IMG/VR virus record: IMGVR_UViG_3300001338_000004
Location: 1-55,193 of that record
DNA: 55,193 bases
Origin: a virus
Lineage: Duplodnaviria > Caudoviricetes
Strand: one strand, 5' to 3'
The position numbers were made by a program, and so were the translations under genes. Positions 8,874 through 18,947 of the stretch are shown in pieces; position 1 is the first letter of the stretch; every line of letters begins with the position of its first letter. The notes under the pieces are model-generated. The model saw only the letters and a list, made by a program, of their open reading frames with translations, was not told the DNA's origin and ran no database searches.

Positions 8874-9837
8874 GATACGACTCCTCTGCTTGGAGCACCG
8901 CTCCAAGGTTGGTGACCGACCGGACCTGAGGATGGAGCACTGCGGATCGGTCAGCGCAGTGAACCAGGTAGCTACGAATCCCGTGTTTGGCATATGCATT
9001 CGCCAACACGGGGACGTCGTCTACCGCAAATACGATCTTCGATACCACGTCGTCCTGGAAAAGTCGCTCCATCTTGGACCCTTCAACCGCCCACCAGAGG
9101 AGATCAAAGGGGAGTCGGTTCTCCTCCAGCCAACATACGGTGTCCGTGTAGATATTCGGCCACCGGTCCACCGGCCGCGCCGTCAAGAGCACGATACGCA
9201 ATCCTTTGGCACGGAGCGCCTCGAGAAACTCCCGTGCTCCGGGCATCAGCGGAAGTTTTCGCTTCCAGCCTTCGCTACGGAACCGATGCTTCACTTCGGC
9301 CCACCGCTGTTGGCTCCACCCAAGCGCGTCGGCGTCCAGAAAACGCCGGTCGGTGCAGAGACGGTCGTACAGCGGTGTGTCGATATAGCCGTGATCAAGC
9401 ATCCAGTAAAGCAGACCGCCGATGTAGTCGCAGATCACGTTGTCGATATCAATGACAACGCACGGCCCGTCGGACTCCACGAGCCACTCTTCTCGATAGC
9501 GCTGCTTGACTACCGCGGTCTTCTGGGCATACGCTTCGAGCAGCTTCTCCGGTGACCACCCATGCAACTGGGCGAGGGTCAGCCACATCTTGAAGATGTC
9601 CGTCAGTTCGTTGTCCGCTGCGCCGCTGTTGAACGCTTTGCGATGCCGTCGGTGTTTCTTCCATACGGTCACGTGCAAGAGTTCGTGCAGCTCGTCGGTC
9701 AAGTTCAATACGAACTCGCGAACCAGATCGACGTATTCCGGCGAGCCGACCGGGACCGACGCGCGTAGCTGTCGATTGAACGCTTCCTGGTCCGCCCACA
9801 GCGCCCGTAGTCCCGCCCCCAGTGTTTCGTTGCTCAT
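8860..9837 (-). CDS. Dimeric dUTPase/dCTPase (MazG fold) fused to HAD 5'-nucleotidase
   Basis: N-terminal DELHELL..WK..ELTDIF..AY..K..R; C-terminal HAD motifs IDIDNV, LLTAR, K, VDD. ATG 9837 overlaps the upstream TGA (ATGA). Confidence 0.8.
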   Translation of the reverse strand: MSNETLGAGLRALWADQEAFNRQLRASVPVGSPEYVDLVREFVLNLTDELHELLHVTVWKKHRRHRKAFNSGAADNELTDIFKMWLTLAQLHGWSPEKLLEAYAQKTAVVKQRYREEWLVESDGPCVVIDIDNVICDYIGGLLYWMLDHGYIDTPLYDRLCTDRRFLDADALGWSQQRWAEVKHRFRSEGWKRKLPLMPGAREFLEALRAKGLRIVLLTARPVDRWPNIYTDTVCWLEENRLPFDLLWWAVEGSKMERLFQDDVVSKIVFAVDDVPVLANAYAKHGIRSYLVHCADRSAVLHPQVRSVTNLGAVLQAEESYRVNE

Positions 9838-10673
9838 GAGAACCATCCGTCGCGTGTCCACGCTTTCAATGTTTTGAACGATACGTGCGCGAGCTCGTCC
9901 GGTTCCCATCGCGCGAACCGGCCGACGCAGAGGATGCCGTACGTTTGTAGCCAATCCAGGGTTTCACTTGTTCTGGGATTGGTGTATACCTTGCCCGGTG
10001 CGATGCGCGTCGCTGGTTGTTGTCCTCGCGGATCAAGCCGCTCCGCGTGCCGGTCATCTTCACGATCGGTGATTCGATACACCGACGTGGCGGGGTCGGC
10101 GATGTAGTTCACGTACACCGCCGGAGGCATGATGTCGGTGACCGGACGCGGTTCGACGACCACGTAGATCGGTTTGGACTGCAGCTTGCCGACCGGCTCT
10201 GGTCGCTTGCACAGCGACAGGAGGGCCGGTAGGGGAATCGTGGAAATTAATACGTCGAATTCGATCCGCTCGCCCGAGGCCATGAATAGGATTCGGTTGA
10301 ACGGATTGATTTCATTGACCCGCTGATTGTACTCCACCGTCAGCGGCGGAAGTTCCACGGAGTAGCCCGTGGTGTGCTCAATGAACTGCTTTCGAAAGTC
10401 ACGCAGCCGGAGATCCGAACTCTTGCCGACCTTGGCTTTGTACTGTTCGATCGCGCCGTCCGTTGCCGGTGACCCGTCGATATGCGTCACGACCGAGAAT
10501 TCGTGACACGGCAGTCCCGTGAGCGGTTCGTGCAGGTAGTTAGCTCCGTAGAACCGCGACTGACCTTTGGTCTGCGGTTGCGGCCGCCAGTCCAACACCC
10601 GTGCTTGGGTGATGAGGGTCTTGGCCAGCTGACCGAGAAACCCACCACCCACGATGACAACTTTGCGACTCAT
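9834..10673 (-). CDS. FAD-dependent oxidoreductase/mutase, UDP-galactopyranose mutase (Glf)/HemY-like fold
   Basis: Rossmann VVIVGGGFLG, YGANYLH (compare Glf YGAHIFH), DVLISTIP and C-terminal VGRFARW. Confidence 0.7.
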   Translation of the reverse strand: MSRKVVIVGGGFLGQLAKTLITQARVLDWRPQPQTKGQSRFYGANYLHEPLTGLPCHEFSVVTHIDGSPATDGAIEQYKAKVGKSSDLRLRDFRKQFIEHTTGYSVELPPLTVEYNQRVNEINPFNRILFMASGERIEFDVLISTIPLPALLSLCKRPEPVGKLQSKPIYVVVEPRPVTDIMPPAVYVNYIADPATSVYRITDREDDRHAERLDPRGQQPATRIAPGKVYTNPRTSETLDWLQTYGILCVGRFARWEPDELAHVSFKTLKAWTRDGWFS

Positions 10674-11047
10674 GTCGGCTCCTGTCGCAGATTTGGTGTG
10701 ACCGACGACACACGCCCGACGTATTCCCGGCCTCCGTGACTGCCGATGAACAGACGCGCGTTTCGTCGTCTCGAGACCTCGTTGAATTTCTCGATCACCT
10801 CCGCCTCCAAATCAATACCGAGGCTGGACGCGAGTAGGGTCAGGTACGCTTGCACATCCGCGAGTTCTTTGGCAATGTCCTTGTCAGAAATGTGCTCGCC
10901 CCGTAGCCGCTTCTTCAAGAAGTTCGCGGCTTCGCCCACTTCGCCGACGAGTGCGGTCATCCAATCGGATGCACTCCAGTGATGCAACGGGTGGAACACT
11001 TCTTCACATCGCTCTTCGTTGATATGTTGGAAATCTCTCAGATGCAT
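10670..11047 (-). CDS. mazG: MazG-like nucleotide pyrophosphohydrolase
   Basis: GEVGEAAN..KK...ELADV...IDL....KF signature; ATG 11047 with GGAGG RBS. Confidence 0.85.
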   Translation of the reverse strand: MHLRDFQHINEERCEEVFHPLHHWSASDWMTALVGEVGEAANFLKKRLRGEHISDKDIAKELADVQAYLTLLASSLGIDLEAEVIEKFNEVSRRRNARLFIGSHGGREYVGRVSSVTPNLRQEPT

Positions 11048-11048
11048 G

Positions 11049-12095
11049 TCAACCCTCCAACTCTCGGAACATCTTGTTGCGTTTGAAGAACCCGGACCGT
11101 CCCGCGCCCTCGCCGCCACAGAACGCGCCGAGATACCCGCAGCGGCCATACTTGCCCTCGCACTGATCCGAATTCTTGTAGTGACCCGACTCTCCGGCCC
11201 ACCACAGCAAGAAGTCGCTCACCAGCGCCGTCAACTCCTGCCGGACTTTCTGGAGATCCTTCTTGCTCATGTCAACACGAAGCCGAATGAAGTAGTGTTG
11301 CGGTTTCTTCTGGACCTCCTTCGCCACCCGGGCCGTGTACGACGTGATCGTGTCGCTCTTCTTGAAATGTTGGCCCGGTCGGCGAATGATGTTGTAGATC
11401 AATCCGGACGGCTCGACTCCATGCAGATGCTGGAGTGCCGTCAGGTAGACGCCGGTTTGAAAGTCATGCGGCAGCATGTCCACCAAGACATCCGGTGAGA
11501 TGCGTGACTTGGTCTTCGTCTCCAGCAAGCGGATCGCGCCGGACCCCTTGCCGGCGAGAAGGTCTCGGAAGACGCCGTCCATTTTGCCACGGAGAAAGGT
11601 TCGCATGTGCTTGCCGCTCTTCGTGACGACCTCGAACGGAATCTTGAATTCCTGTTCCAGCTGAATCCATGCCATGCGTTTCAGATCCAGGCGATGGTGC
11701 TTGAAGTACGCCGGCATCAAGACCCGGGCCATCGCGATACTCAACTCGAGTTCTTTGATCGCGTCGCCGGACGCCCGTGGGTTGTCTTTCTTCCAGACCT
11801 CCCCGGCCGTGTGGCACATCTTGAGGATCCATTCAGCGGACGGAGCCTCCGTGAGTTTCTTCCGCCGGATGCGATCGTAGGTCTGCTCCAGAACGTAGTG
11901 GCAGATGGACCCAAAGATCGTGGCCATCTTTTCCCGACGCGAGGTCCACCCGACGAGGAAGAGACGGGCACGTTCGCGGCATCCTTTGAAGTTGCTCAGC
12001 AACCCGGCCGTGACGCCGTCGCGCTCCGGATCGTACAGGTTGCCTCGGTCCATGTCAGACTCAACGACGCGCAGTGGAATCAGTTTCAGTTTCAC
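11049..12095 (-). CDS. PD-(D/E)XK (RecB/Cas4-like) exonuclease
   Basis: C..R, FGSICH, LEQEF, RGKMDG, LETKT, Q..VY and C-terminal Cys cluster. Confidence 0.85.
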   Translation of the reverse strand: MKLKLIPLRVVESDMDRGNLYDPERDGVTAGLLSNFKGCRERARLFLVGWTSRREKMATIFGSICHYVLEQTYDRIRRKKLTEAPSAEWILKMCHTAGEVWKKDNPRASGDAIKELELSIAMARVLMPAYFKHHRLDLKRMAWIQLEQEFKIPFEVVTKSGKHMRTFLRGKMDGVFRDLLAGKGSGAIRLLETKTKSRISPDVLVDMLPHDFQTGVYLTALQHLHGVEPSGLIYNIIRRPGQHFKKSDTITSYTARVAKEVQKKPQHYFIRLRVDMSKKDLQKVRQELTALVSDFLLWWAGESGHYKNSDQCEGKYGRCGYLGAFCGGEGAGRSGFFKRNKMFRELEG

Positions 12096-12602
12096 TCAGA
12101 ACCTCCCTACGGCCCATAGGCCAATACCCGTTGCGTCCCACGCATGGGTTTCAATCTTCAGTTTACGACACACCGTCGCGCCGAGGATCTTTCGGATGCG
12201 ATCTTCGACCACCGGTTTCGGTAGTTGCCCCTTCCAGTCCATCGGTAGGATCGGAAGGAACGGTGCCGGCCGGAGTCGTTCGTACAAAACACCGTCGAGA
12301 AATGTGAGTCGCTGCAAGTCGCCGGTCTTCCAGCCCATTCCGGTACCCATGTACTGGGTGGTCTCACAGACGACACGATACGGCGTTGCCCGGCTCCATG
12401 TCGTCTTGCGCGACTCCTCTTCGGTGATCTGGGCGACCGCGTCCGCAATCGCTCGTGCCCGCCGCCACCATTCAGCACCGCGCTTCGTGTACACGACCTC
12501 GGTCCTGATCGGGGTGGCGTCTTGAAATACGGCCACCCCAGTACCGTTCAAACCCGGATCGAGAGCCACGAGCAGCCGACACTGTGCTATTCGGGACGGC
12601 AT
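12096..12602 (-). CDS. RuvC-like Holliday junction resolvase
   Basis: VALDPGLNGTGVA, VVCE, WK..K and HAWDATGIG. Confidence 0.8.
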   Translation of the reverse strand: MPSRIAQCRLLVALDPGLNGTGVAVFQDATPIRTEVVYTKRGAEWWRRARAIADAVAQITEEESRKTTWSRATPYRVVCETTQYMGTGMGWKTGDLQRLTFLDGVLYERLRPAPFLPILPMDWKGQLPKPVVEDRIRKILGATVCRKLKIETHAWDATGIGLWAVGRF

Positions 12603-13015
12603 CGCCCGGCCCTCCGCTCGCGTTCGATCCAGTCACGCAAGTGTTCGGAGGTCTGGTTGAGCGGACCCGCCAGCTGGACCGCCGTATCCACCGCAGCGAG
12701 CGCCGACGAACACATCAGCGCAACGCGAAGTGTTTCTTCGTAGCGCCGTGGCCGTAACGTTTGATAGGACAAACTCCGTTCGATCAGTACACGCGGAAAG
12801 ACCTGCAGTGCCGCCACGAGAACTGCCTCTGACGAATCGGTCAACGCGTCGAACCGTCCCTGGGCCGCATCCAAGAGCTCGAACATCTCTCGGAGTACCT
12901 CGTAGGTCAGATCCACCTGACAGGTCAGCAGCGGATTCTGCGCGGCCGCAATCACCGGATGTTGTCGTACCTTTACGAATTTCTCGTCGAACACTTGCAC
13001 GTACGTCTTGGTCAT
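12587..13015 (-). CDS. Hypothetical protein
   Basis: ATG preceded by GGAGG; tightly packed in the operon. Confidence 0.6.
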   Translation of the reverse strand: MTKTYVQVFDEKFVKVRQHPVIAAAQNPLLTCQVDLTYEVLREMFELLDAAQGRFDALTDSSEAVLVAALQVFPRVLIERSLSYQTLRPRRYEETLRVALMCSSALAAVDTAVQLAGPLNQTSEHLRDWIERERRAGRCRPE

Positions 13016-13031
13016 CGATGCCTCCGAATAG

Positions 13032-14414
13032 TTATGCTGCGATCGTTCGAATCAACGTCTCCAACATGCGTGAAGAGAAACGCTTGATATCCCACGACTT
13101 GTCCTTCAACGATTCCACCACATCGTCGTCGGCCGACCCCCGTGTGATCAAGTCGATGTAGAGAAGTGGCCGGTCCCGCTTGGCCATATGCTCGATACGC
13201 TTCTCCGTCTGCGACCGGACCTCCGCATCATACGTGTTGGAGTAGTAGACCGCCACGTCGGCTACCGATAGATCCAACCCGTACTGACCCACCTGCCCCT
13301 GCATGAGGAGAACCTGAATCTGTCCGCGCTGAAATTTCGAGATCAGCGGCCCGCGCTCCGCTTTCGGCGTCGCCCCGTTGATCGCCGCCACCCGCACGCG
13401 TTTCTTTCGTAGTCGATGGAGCGCCTCGTCCAGTTCGTGATTGAATCGGAACCAAACCACGATCGGCTTGCCGGCAAACTCTTCGCGGACGATACGGTCC
13501 AACTCTTTAAACTTGGCATCCGACACCAGCGTGTTGTCGGGCGCAAACCCGCCCGCGAGCTTCGACAGCCACGTCACACGCGCCCCGACCCACTTCGTGT
13601 CCGTCCCCGACACGCCGGAGCGAAACTCTTTCAGGATCAGCTTCTGTTCCCGCCGCTGGGTCGCATTCATATTGACGACCCGCGCTTTGTAGATCTTCTT
13701 GTTGCCCATCTTCGCTTGCTTCAGTGTCAAGCAAAACGCCCGTGTGTGCGTCTCGCGCTTGATAAGGTCGCGTGTGCCCTTATTCGGTTGCCAGTCGTGC
13801 TCGAACCAACCCTGATGATATTTCGCGGACTTGAACTTCCAGTAGTTGTCGTAGCCGCAGAACTCGCCGTTGAGAAAACGGAACTGACTGAACACGTCGA
13901 GGTCGCTCTTCGGCCGTGGGAGTCCCGACAGGATCGCCTTCGACCGCACGTGCTGGAATCCGTTCGTCAACAGTTTCGTAATCTGGGCTTGTGGATTTCG
14001 TATCCGAGTTGACTCGTCCACGATAACACAGTCCCAGTTAATGAACGCCAACGCCGGAATCGCGCGCAGCCCTTCGAAATTGATTAGGTGCCACCCTTCG
14101 TGTTGTTTGACGTATTGAAACCGTTGCTTCGTTGGGAGATCCGACAGTAGGTGGATCCGTCCCATTGGTACACCTTCGAGACGTAGCTCTCGAGACCACG
14201 CCGGGGCCGGGAGCGTGGTCAGCGGCGCCACCAACAGGATACGTTTCCAGTTGTGCGCCTCGGCCCATCGAATAATGACCGGACTCTTCCCCAGACGCAT
14301 CTCCATGAAGAGTGCCGGCGTATCGGTTTGCTCGCAGTACCGGTAGGCCCGCTTCTGGTGCGGGTAGAACGTCCTCGGTGCGAACGGTTCAGAGCGCAGA
14401 CGGAAGAGGGCCAC
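13032..14414 (-). CDS. SNF2-family (SF2) helicase
   Basis: EMRLGKS, VIVDEST, LSGLP, GLDLS and QTEKRIEH motifs. Confidence 0.9.
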   Translation of the reverse strand: MALFRLRSEPFAPRTFYPHQKRAYRYCEQTDTPALFMEMRLGKSPVIIRWAEAHNWKRILLVAPLTTLPAPAWSRELRLEGVPMGRIHLLSDLPTKQRFQYVKQHEGWHLINFEGLRAIPALAFINWDCVIVDESTRIRNPQAQITKLLTNGFQHVRSKAILSGLPRPKSDLDVFSQFRFLNGEFCGYDNYWKFKSAKYHQGWFEHDWQPNKGTRDLIKRETHTRAFCLTLKQAKMGNKKIYKARVVNMNATQRREQKLILKEFRSGVSGTDTKWVGARVTWLSKLAGGFAPDNTLVSDAKFKELDRIVREEFAGKPIVVWFRFNHELDEALHRLRKKRVRVAAINGATPKAERGPLISKFQRGQIQVLLMQGQVGQYGLDLSVADVAVYYSNTYDAEVRSQTEKRIEHMAKRDRPLLYIDLITRGSADDDVVESLKDKSWDIKRFSSRMLETLIRTIAA

Positions 14415-14418
14415 AGCG

Positions 14419-14850
14419 TTACATCAAGCAGACAACGCACTTGCTGTCGCGGATGACCGGTCCACGTCCGCAGGTGTTGCAGCTCTCGCCCTCGCCGTGA
14501 AGGATGTGCCAGTCGCATACCGGAAACGAGTGGACCAACGCCACGGCTCGCTCTGGACAGATCGTGCACCGACGACCTTCTTCTTCGATGCGAATCAGCT
14601 CGTTCGGTTTCACTGGCTCCGGGGCCGTCGGCGTGTCTACGTCGAACAAGCGGACCTGTTCTGCCCGAGGGCCGCGCTCACCAGGTCGTTTATCGTTGGT
14701 CAGGAACTCCACTTGCTGACCCTCTTCCAGCAACGCGAACACGGCCGGTTTGACTACCGCTGTGTGGTGAAAGAACCGCTGCTGGCCGTCCTCACCTTTG
14801 ATAAATCCGAACCCACGATCACTCACGATCTTCGCAATGACTCCAACCAC
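14419..14850 (-). CDS. Cold-shock domain protein with C-terminal Cys/His-rich extension
   Basis: RNP1 RGFGFI, RNP2 FFHH and GPRAEQV, followed by CxxC, CxxH, CxxC and CxxC motifs. Confidence 0.85.
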   Translation of the reverse strand: MVGVIAKIVSDRGFGFIKGEDGQQRFFHHTAVVKPAVFALLEEGQQVEFLTNDKRPGERGPRAEQVRLFDVDTPTAPEPVKPNELIRIEEEGRRCTICPERAVALVHSFPVCDWHILHGEGESCNTCGRGPVIRDSKCVVCLM

Positions 14851-14872
14851 GAGATGCTCCTGTCAGAAATGT

Positions 14873-14902
14873 GGGTCCCGCAAGCCGGTGCTCGCGGGAC
14901 CC
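14873..14902 (-). terminator. Stem-loop after the 14912 gene
   Basis: gggtcccgc / gcgggaccc inverted repeat, followed by acattt on the minus strand. Confidence 0.5.
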
Positions 14903-14911
14903 GGTGCCGGC

Positions 14912-15787
<876 letters not shown>

Positions 15788-16018
15788 AGGCTGCCTCCTG
15801 TTGTGAACGAATGTCGGATTGGACGCTCTCGGTCACCGCACGCCCGCACGCTCGGTCGGAGGCAGCCGCCGGAGCAGACAACGCAGAAACACGAGAGCGC
15901 CCAATTCGACATTCGTGCATGTCGAGGTGGAGCTGGCACAGGCCGTCGCGGACTACCGGCCGAAATCGAATCCGTCCGTTCGACCGGACGGCCTGTACCG
16001 AACACTCCACGCACCGCA

Positions 16019-16345
16019 TTAGCCGCGACCTTTCTGGGACGACCGGAACATCCGACGCCCGAAGCCACGCAACGACGACACCGGGGACGCGACGACGTTC
16101 AAGAAACGCCGGAAGTGTGTTTCCGGTTGATTCTCCACCAGCAGTCGGTGCGGCCCGTTGCCTCGCGCGATATCGTCGATCAGCTGCTGATTGTTGCGGA
16201 CGATCTTCTCCCGATACATCGCGTATCGAACCTCCCGATCCGTTGCCTCCGCGGCCCGGCGCAGCCGCTTGAAGTACCGACGCCGACGCTCACCCACCGA
16301 CCGACGGACGTCGAGCGGCTTTCCGATTCTGAGTCCACCCACCAT
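16019..16345 (-). CDS. Hypothetical basic protein
   Basis: ATG with GGAGG RBS; co-oriented with neighbours. Confidence 0.5.
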   Translation of the reverse strand: MVGGLRIGKPLDVRRSVGERRRRYFKRLRRAAEATDREVRYAMYREKIVRNNQQLIDDIARGNGPHRLLVENQPETHFRRFLNVVASPVSSLRGFGRRMFRSSQKGRG

Positions 16346-16354
16346 GATTGCCTC

Positions 16355-17068
16355 CTATTGAAGTTTCCAGATGAATTTCTTCTCGAACTCTTTCGGCTTG
16401 ATCCCGGCGACCCGACACACGATCGCCTTCTGCTTCTCCATGTCCTCTTCCCGCTTGCCGCTCCAGACTTGCGTACCGACCGTCTTGTGGAACGCGTCGT
16501 ACAGGAAGATACGGTACCGGCGCTGCTCCATCTTGGTCTTGGAGACTTTCTTCGCCAACCGCATCCACTCCTTCATATCGAACGTATGCCCGCACGTGGC
16601 CTCAACCAACCCGGTGTCGGTCATCTGTTTGAAGGCCACCCACTTGCCGCACAAGTTACAGTGGCTCTCCTTGCTCTTCGGGCCTTTCGATTTTTTGACC
16701 CGGACCTTCTTGATCTTCGGCAACTTGCACGACACCTGCACCGCGGCCCGGGCCAGGTACACGCGAATGTGCGGTGTCGGCAAGACGAGCGGTGGCTGTT
16801 CCTGCCAGGCATGCTTCTTTTTCGACCAGCTCTTGGCACCCAACGCCTTCTGCGCGGCCGCATGTTCGGGCAACGACAGGCCGCATGTCGCACACGCCGT
16901 CGTTGTGAGCTCGGTCCCTACGTGCGTCTTGCTCTGCACGAAGGCGATCAAGTCAATCGGGTGTTCGAACAAGGCGGTATGGACAGCCACCAACTTTCTG
17001 GGGTTGGTCGCGTCCGGTTCGTAGTAGCTGACTGCCAGAAGACGCTGGCGTCGGGTACGCGCCTTCAT
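16355..17068 (-). CDS. Hypothetical Zn-finger-containing protein
   Basis: CxxC...H, CNLC and CGH motifs; ATGA overlap with the upstream gene; GGAGG RBS. Confidence 0.6.
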   Translation of the reverse strand: MKARTRRQRLLAVSYYEPDATNPRKLVAVHTALFEHPIDLIAFVQSKTHVGTELTTTACATCGLSLPEHAAAQKALGAKSWSKKKHAWQEQPPLVLPTPHIRVYLARAAVQVSCKLPKIKKVRVKKSKGPKSKESHCNLCGKWVAFKQMTDTGLVEATCGHTFDMKEWMRLAKKVSKTKMEQRRYRIFLYDAFHKTVGTQVWSGKREEDMEKQKAIVCRVAGIKPKEFEKKFIWKLQ

Positions 17069-17232
17069 CGTCCACCTCCCTTCGTCAGCGGCATGCGTTG
17101 CACCGCCGGGTCGGTTGGCGTTCGGCCGGTCACCGTCGCCGGGTACGGTCCTTTGCAGAGACACGGACCCAGTCCCTCGCGTTCGGCTTCACGGTCCACC
17201 TGAAGCATCTTGCCGCAGCGGAGGCAGATCAT
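17065..17232 (-). CDS. Small Zn-ribbon protein (DUF6011-like)
   Basis: CLRCGK.L......GLGPC pattern; ATGA overlaps at both ends. Confidence 0.45.
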   Translation of the reverse strand: MICLRCGKMLQVDREAEREGLGPCLCKGPYPATVTGRTPTDPAVQRMPLTKGGGR

Positions 17233-17513
17233 CGCGCCCTCCGCAACGGTCCCATGATGCGGTCGACTTCCGTACCGTCGGGCAGCGGGAGTCCGGACTC
17301 GTACCGAAGTACGGCACGGACCGCGCCTACCGGGTCGACCGTCTTGGTATCGAATCGACGTACCGCCCATACGATCAACGTATCGGACGGTAGCGAGGTG
17401 ATCGAACTGTCGGGTGTTAAGACCGTGTACATGCTTTCGGCCAACACCACCATCGCGTTGGGTGTCTGACTACGCTTCTTTGCCATCGGCTGCCTCCGTA
17501 TGGTTGTCGTCAC
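17229..17513 (-). CDS. Hypothetical protein (likely internal start MAKKRS)
   Basis: ORF track plus operon packing. Confidence 0.5.
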   Translation of the reverse strand: MTTTIRRQPMAKKRSQTPNAMVVLAESMYTVLTPDSSITSLPSDTLIVWAVRRFDTKTVDPVGAVRAVLRYESGLPLPDGTEVDRIMGPLRRAR

Positions 17514-17664
17514 ATTCGTGCGTCTCGTCGAAATCGCCGAGCGCCCACTTCACAAACTCTTGATACGACCCGACGCCGTCGAAATTGTATCGGGTCTCTT
17601 CGTTGCACTCGGAACACGATACGACCGTGTCCATCGTGCCGTCGTCTCCTAACACCGCTGCCAT
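17470..17664 (-). CDS. Small acidic Zn-binding hypothetical protein
   Basis: GGAGG RBS; CSEC...HEC. Confidence 0.55.
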   Translation of the reverse strand: MAAVLGDDGTMDTVVSCSECNEETRYNFDGVGSYQEFVKWALGDFDETHECDDNHTEAADGKEA

Positions 17665-17730
17665 GGCTGCCTCCAGGCCTTATAAGTAAGTTACGGACCG
17701 GAGCAGGATATCTGCCCCGGCCCGGCCGAG

Positions 17731-18009
17731 CTACTCGTCGTCTTCGTCGTCGTCTTCGTCCGTGTCGTCGTCCGGCTCCGTCGCTTCGCCGGCGACCAGC
17801 GCGTCCATCGCCTTCTGGAGTGCCGTGCGTGCCCACTCCTTCACATCGTTGCGACGCGCCTTGCCTTTGCCGCTGCCGTCCCGGCCGAGCGCCTTCGCGA
17901 ATGTCCGGCTGTATTCGAACCGCACGTTCGTCGCGACCATCTTCTCGCCCTTCGGCTTGCCCTTGCCCGCCGTCTTGCCCTTGCTCTTCTTCACAACCTT
18001 CTTCGCCAT
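17731..18009 (-). CDS. Small protein with basic N-terminus and acidic C-terminus
   Basis: AGGAGG RBS; K-rich start and D/E tail. Confidence 0.7.
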   Translation of the reverse strand: MAKKVVKKSKGKTAGKGKPKGEKMVATNVRFEYSRTFAKALGRDGSGKGKARRNDVKEWARTALQKAMDALVAGEATEPDDDTDEDDDEDDE

Positions 18010-18089
18010 TGCGTCCTCCTGTGTCTGACACCGACCCTCGGTGCCAGGTTCTCCCGCGGATGTTTATCCGCGCAAGTTCATTTTGCTTC

Positions 18090-18317
18090 CTACGGGACCC
18101 ACTGCAAGTCGAACACCGCCGGATAGTACGCTTGGGTCATCGTCGGTGCGCGCTTCTTCGTTCCCTTCGGAAGCACTTCCTGTACGAGCACCCGGCCCGT
18201 ACTGCCTTCGTGTTGAGGTTCGATTGAACCCACCACCACGTATCGGTCGCCACGAAAGCTGACGACCTCGTCGCCGATGAACACTTCACGATTCTGGTTC
18301 GTATGGACGAGACGCAT
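18090..18317 (-). CDS. Hypothetical protein
   Basis: TAATG overlap with the upstream gene. Confidence 0.6.
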   Translation of the reverse strand: MRLVHTNQNREVFIGDEVVSFRGDRYVVVGSIEPQHEGSTGRVLVQEVLPKGTKKRAPTMTQAYYPAVFDLQWVP

Positions 18318-18859
18318 TACAGTCCTCGCAGTCTGGCCAGGAACGACCGGCCGGACAAGGCGGACCGCAGCTCGGCGATCTCCTGCCGCAGCTCGGCGAT
18401 CTCCTGCCGCATCTCTTCCTTAAGTTCCTGAAGCGCCTCGTCCGACGCGGTGTCCTCTTCCACCATACGCCGGACACCCCGGATGTCCTTCTCCAACACT
18501 TCGATATGCGGTTCCATCTCCTCCCGCACACGCTGGTTGATATCGAACTCCTCCAGCGCTTTCTCGATCAAGGTTTCAACCTCGTCTTCGTCAACCGTCT
18601 CCAACTCGTCGAGCGCTTCCTCGATCGCTTCCGCAATCATCTTCTCGACGTCGCGCTCCTTGACGGAGTCGCGCTCCAGGCTCGTCATCTCCTCGGTGAG
18701 GTCGTCCATCCGCTCATCCAGATCTTCAACCTCCTTCGTGGAGCCGAACTCGCTGCGACAGCCGTCGCACACCCGACGCCCGCCGAACGCGAACGTGTCT
18801 TCACAGATTGCACAGATCCGAGCGAGGCTAGCGACGGGAACGAAATTACCTTTTGCCAT
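18317..18859 (-). CDS. Zn-finger plus acidic coiled-coil protein
   Basis: CAIC..CDGC then heptad repeats; AGGAG RBS before ATG 18859. Confidence 0.7.
   Translation of the reverse strand: MAKGNFVPVASLARICAICEDTFAFGGRRVCDGCRSEFGSTKEVEDLDERMDDLTEEMTSLERDSVKERDVEKMIAEAIEEALDELETVDEDEVETLIEKALEEFDINQRVREEMEPHIEVLEKDIRGVRRMVEEDTASDEALQELKEEMRQEIAELRQEIAELRSALSGRSFLARLRGL
18365..18411. repeat. 21-bp tandem repeat encoding RQEIAEL heptads
   Basis: ccgcagctcggcgatctcctg occurs twice in tandem. Confidence 0.8.
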
Positions 18860-18947
18860 TGTGTCTATTCTCCTGCCTGAGAATGAACGTTGAAATACCG
18901 ACACGTCGCTCCCCATGAGCGACGATCATCCGCCGTTCTCGTGTTTC

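Noticed and set aside
2428-11047. Z-base (2-aminoadenine) or 7-deazaguanine system
   Set aside because: No PurZ/PurA-like, HD-domain DatZ, or Que/FolE/DpdA genes recognised.
11049-12095. Cas4-like nuclease as evidence of CRISPR-Cas
   Set aside because: No array or other cas genes; stand-alone PD-(D/E)XK exonucleases are routine beside Sak4/SSB.
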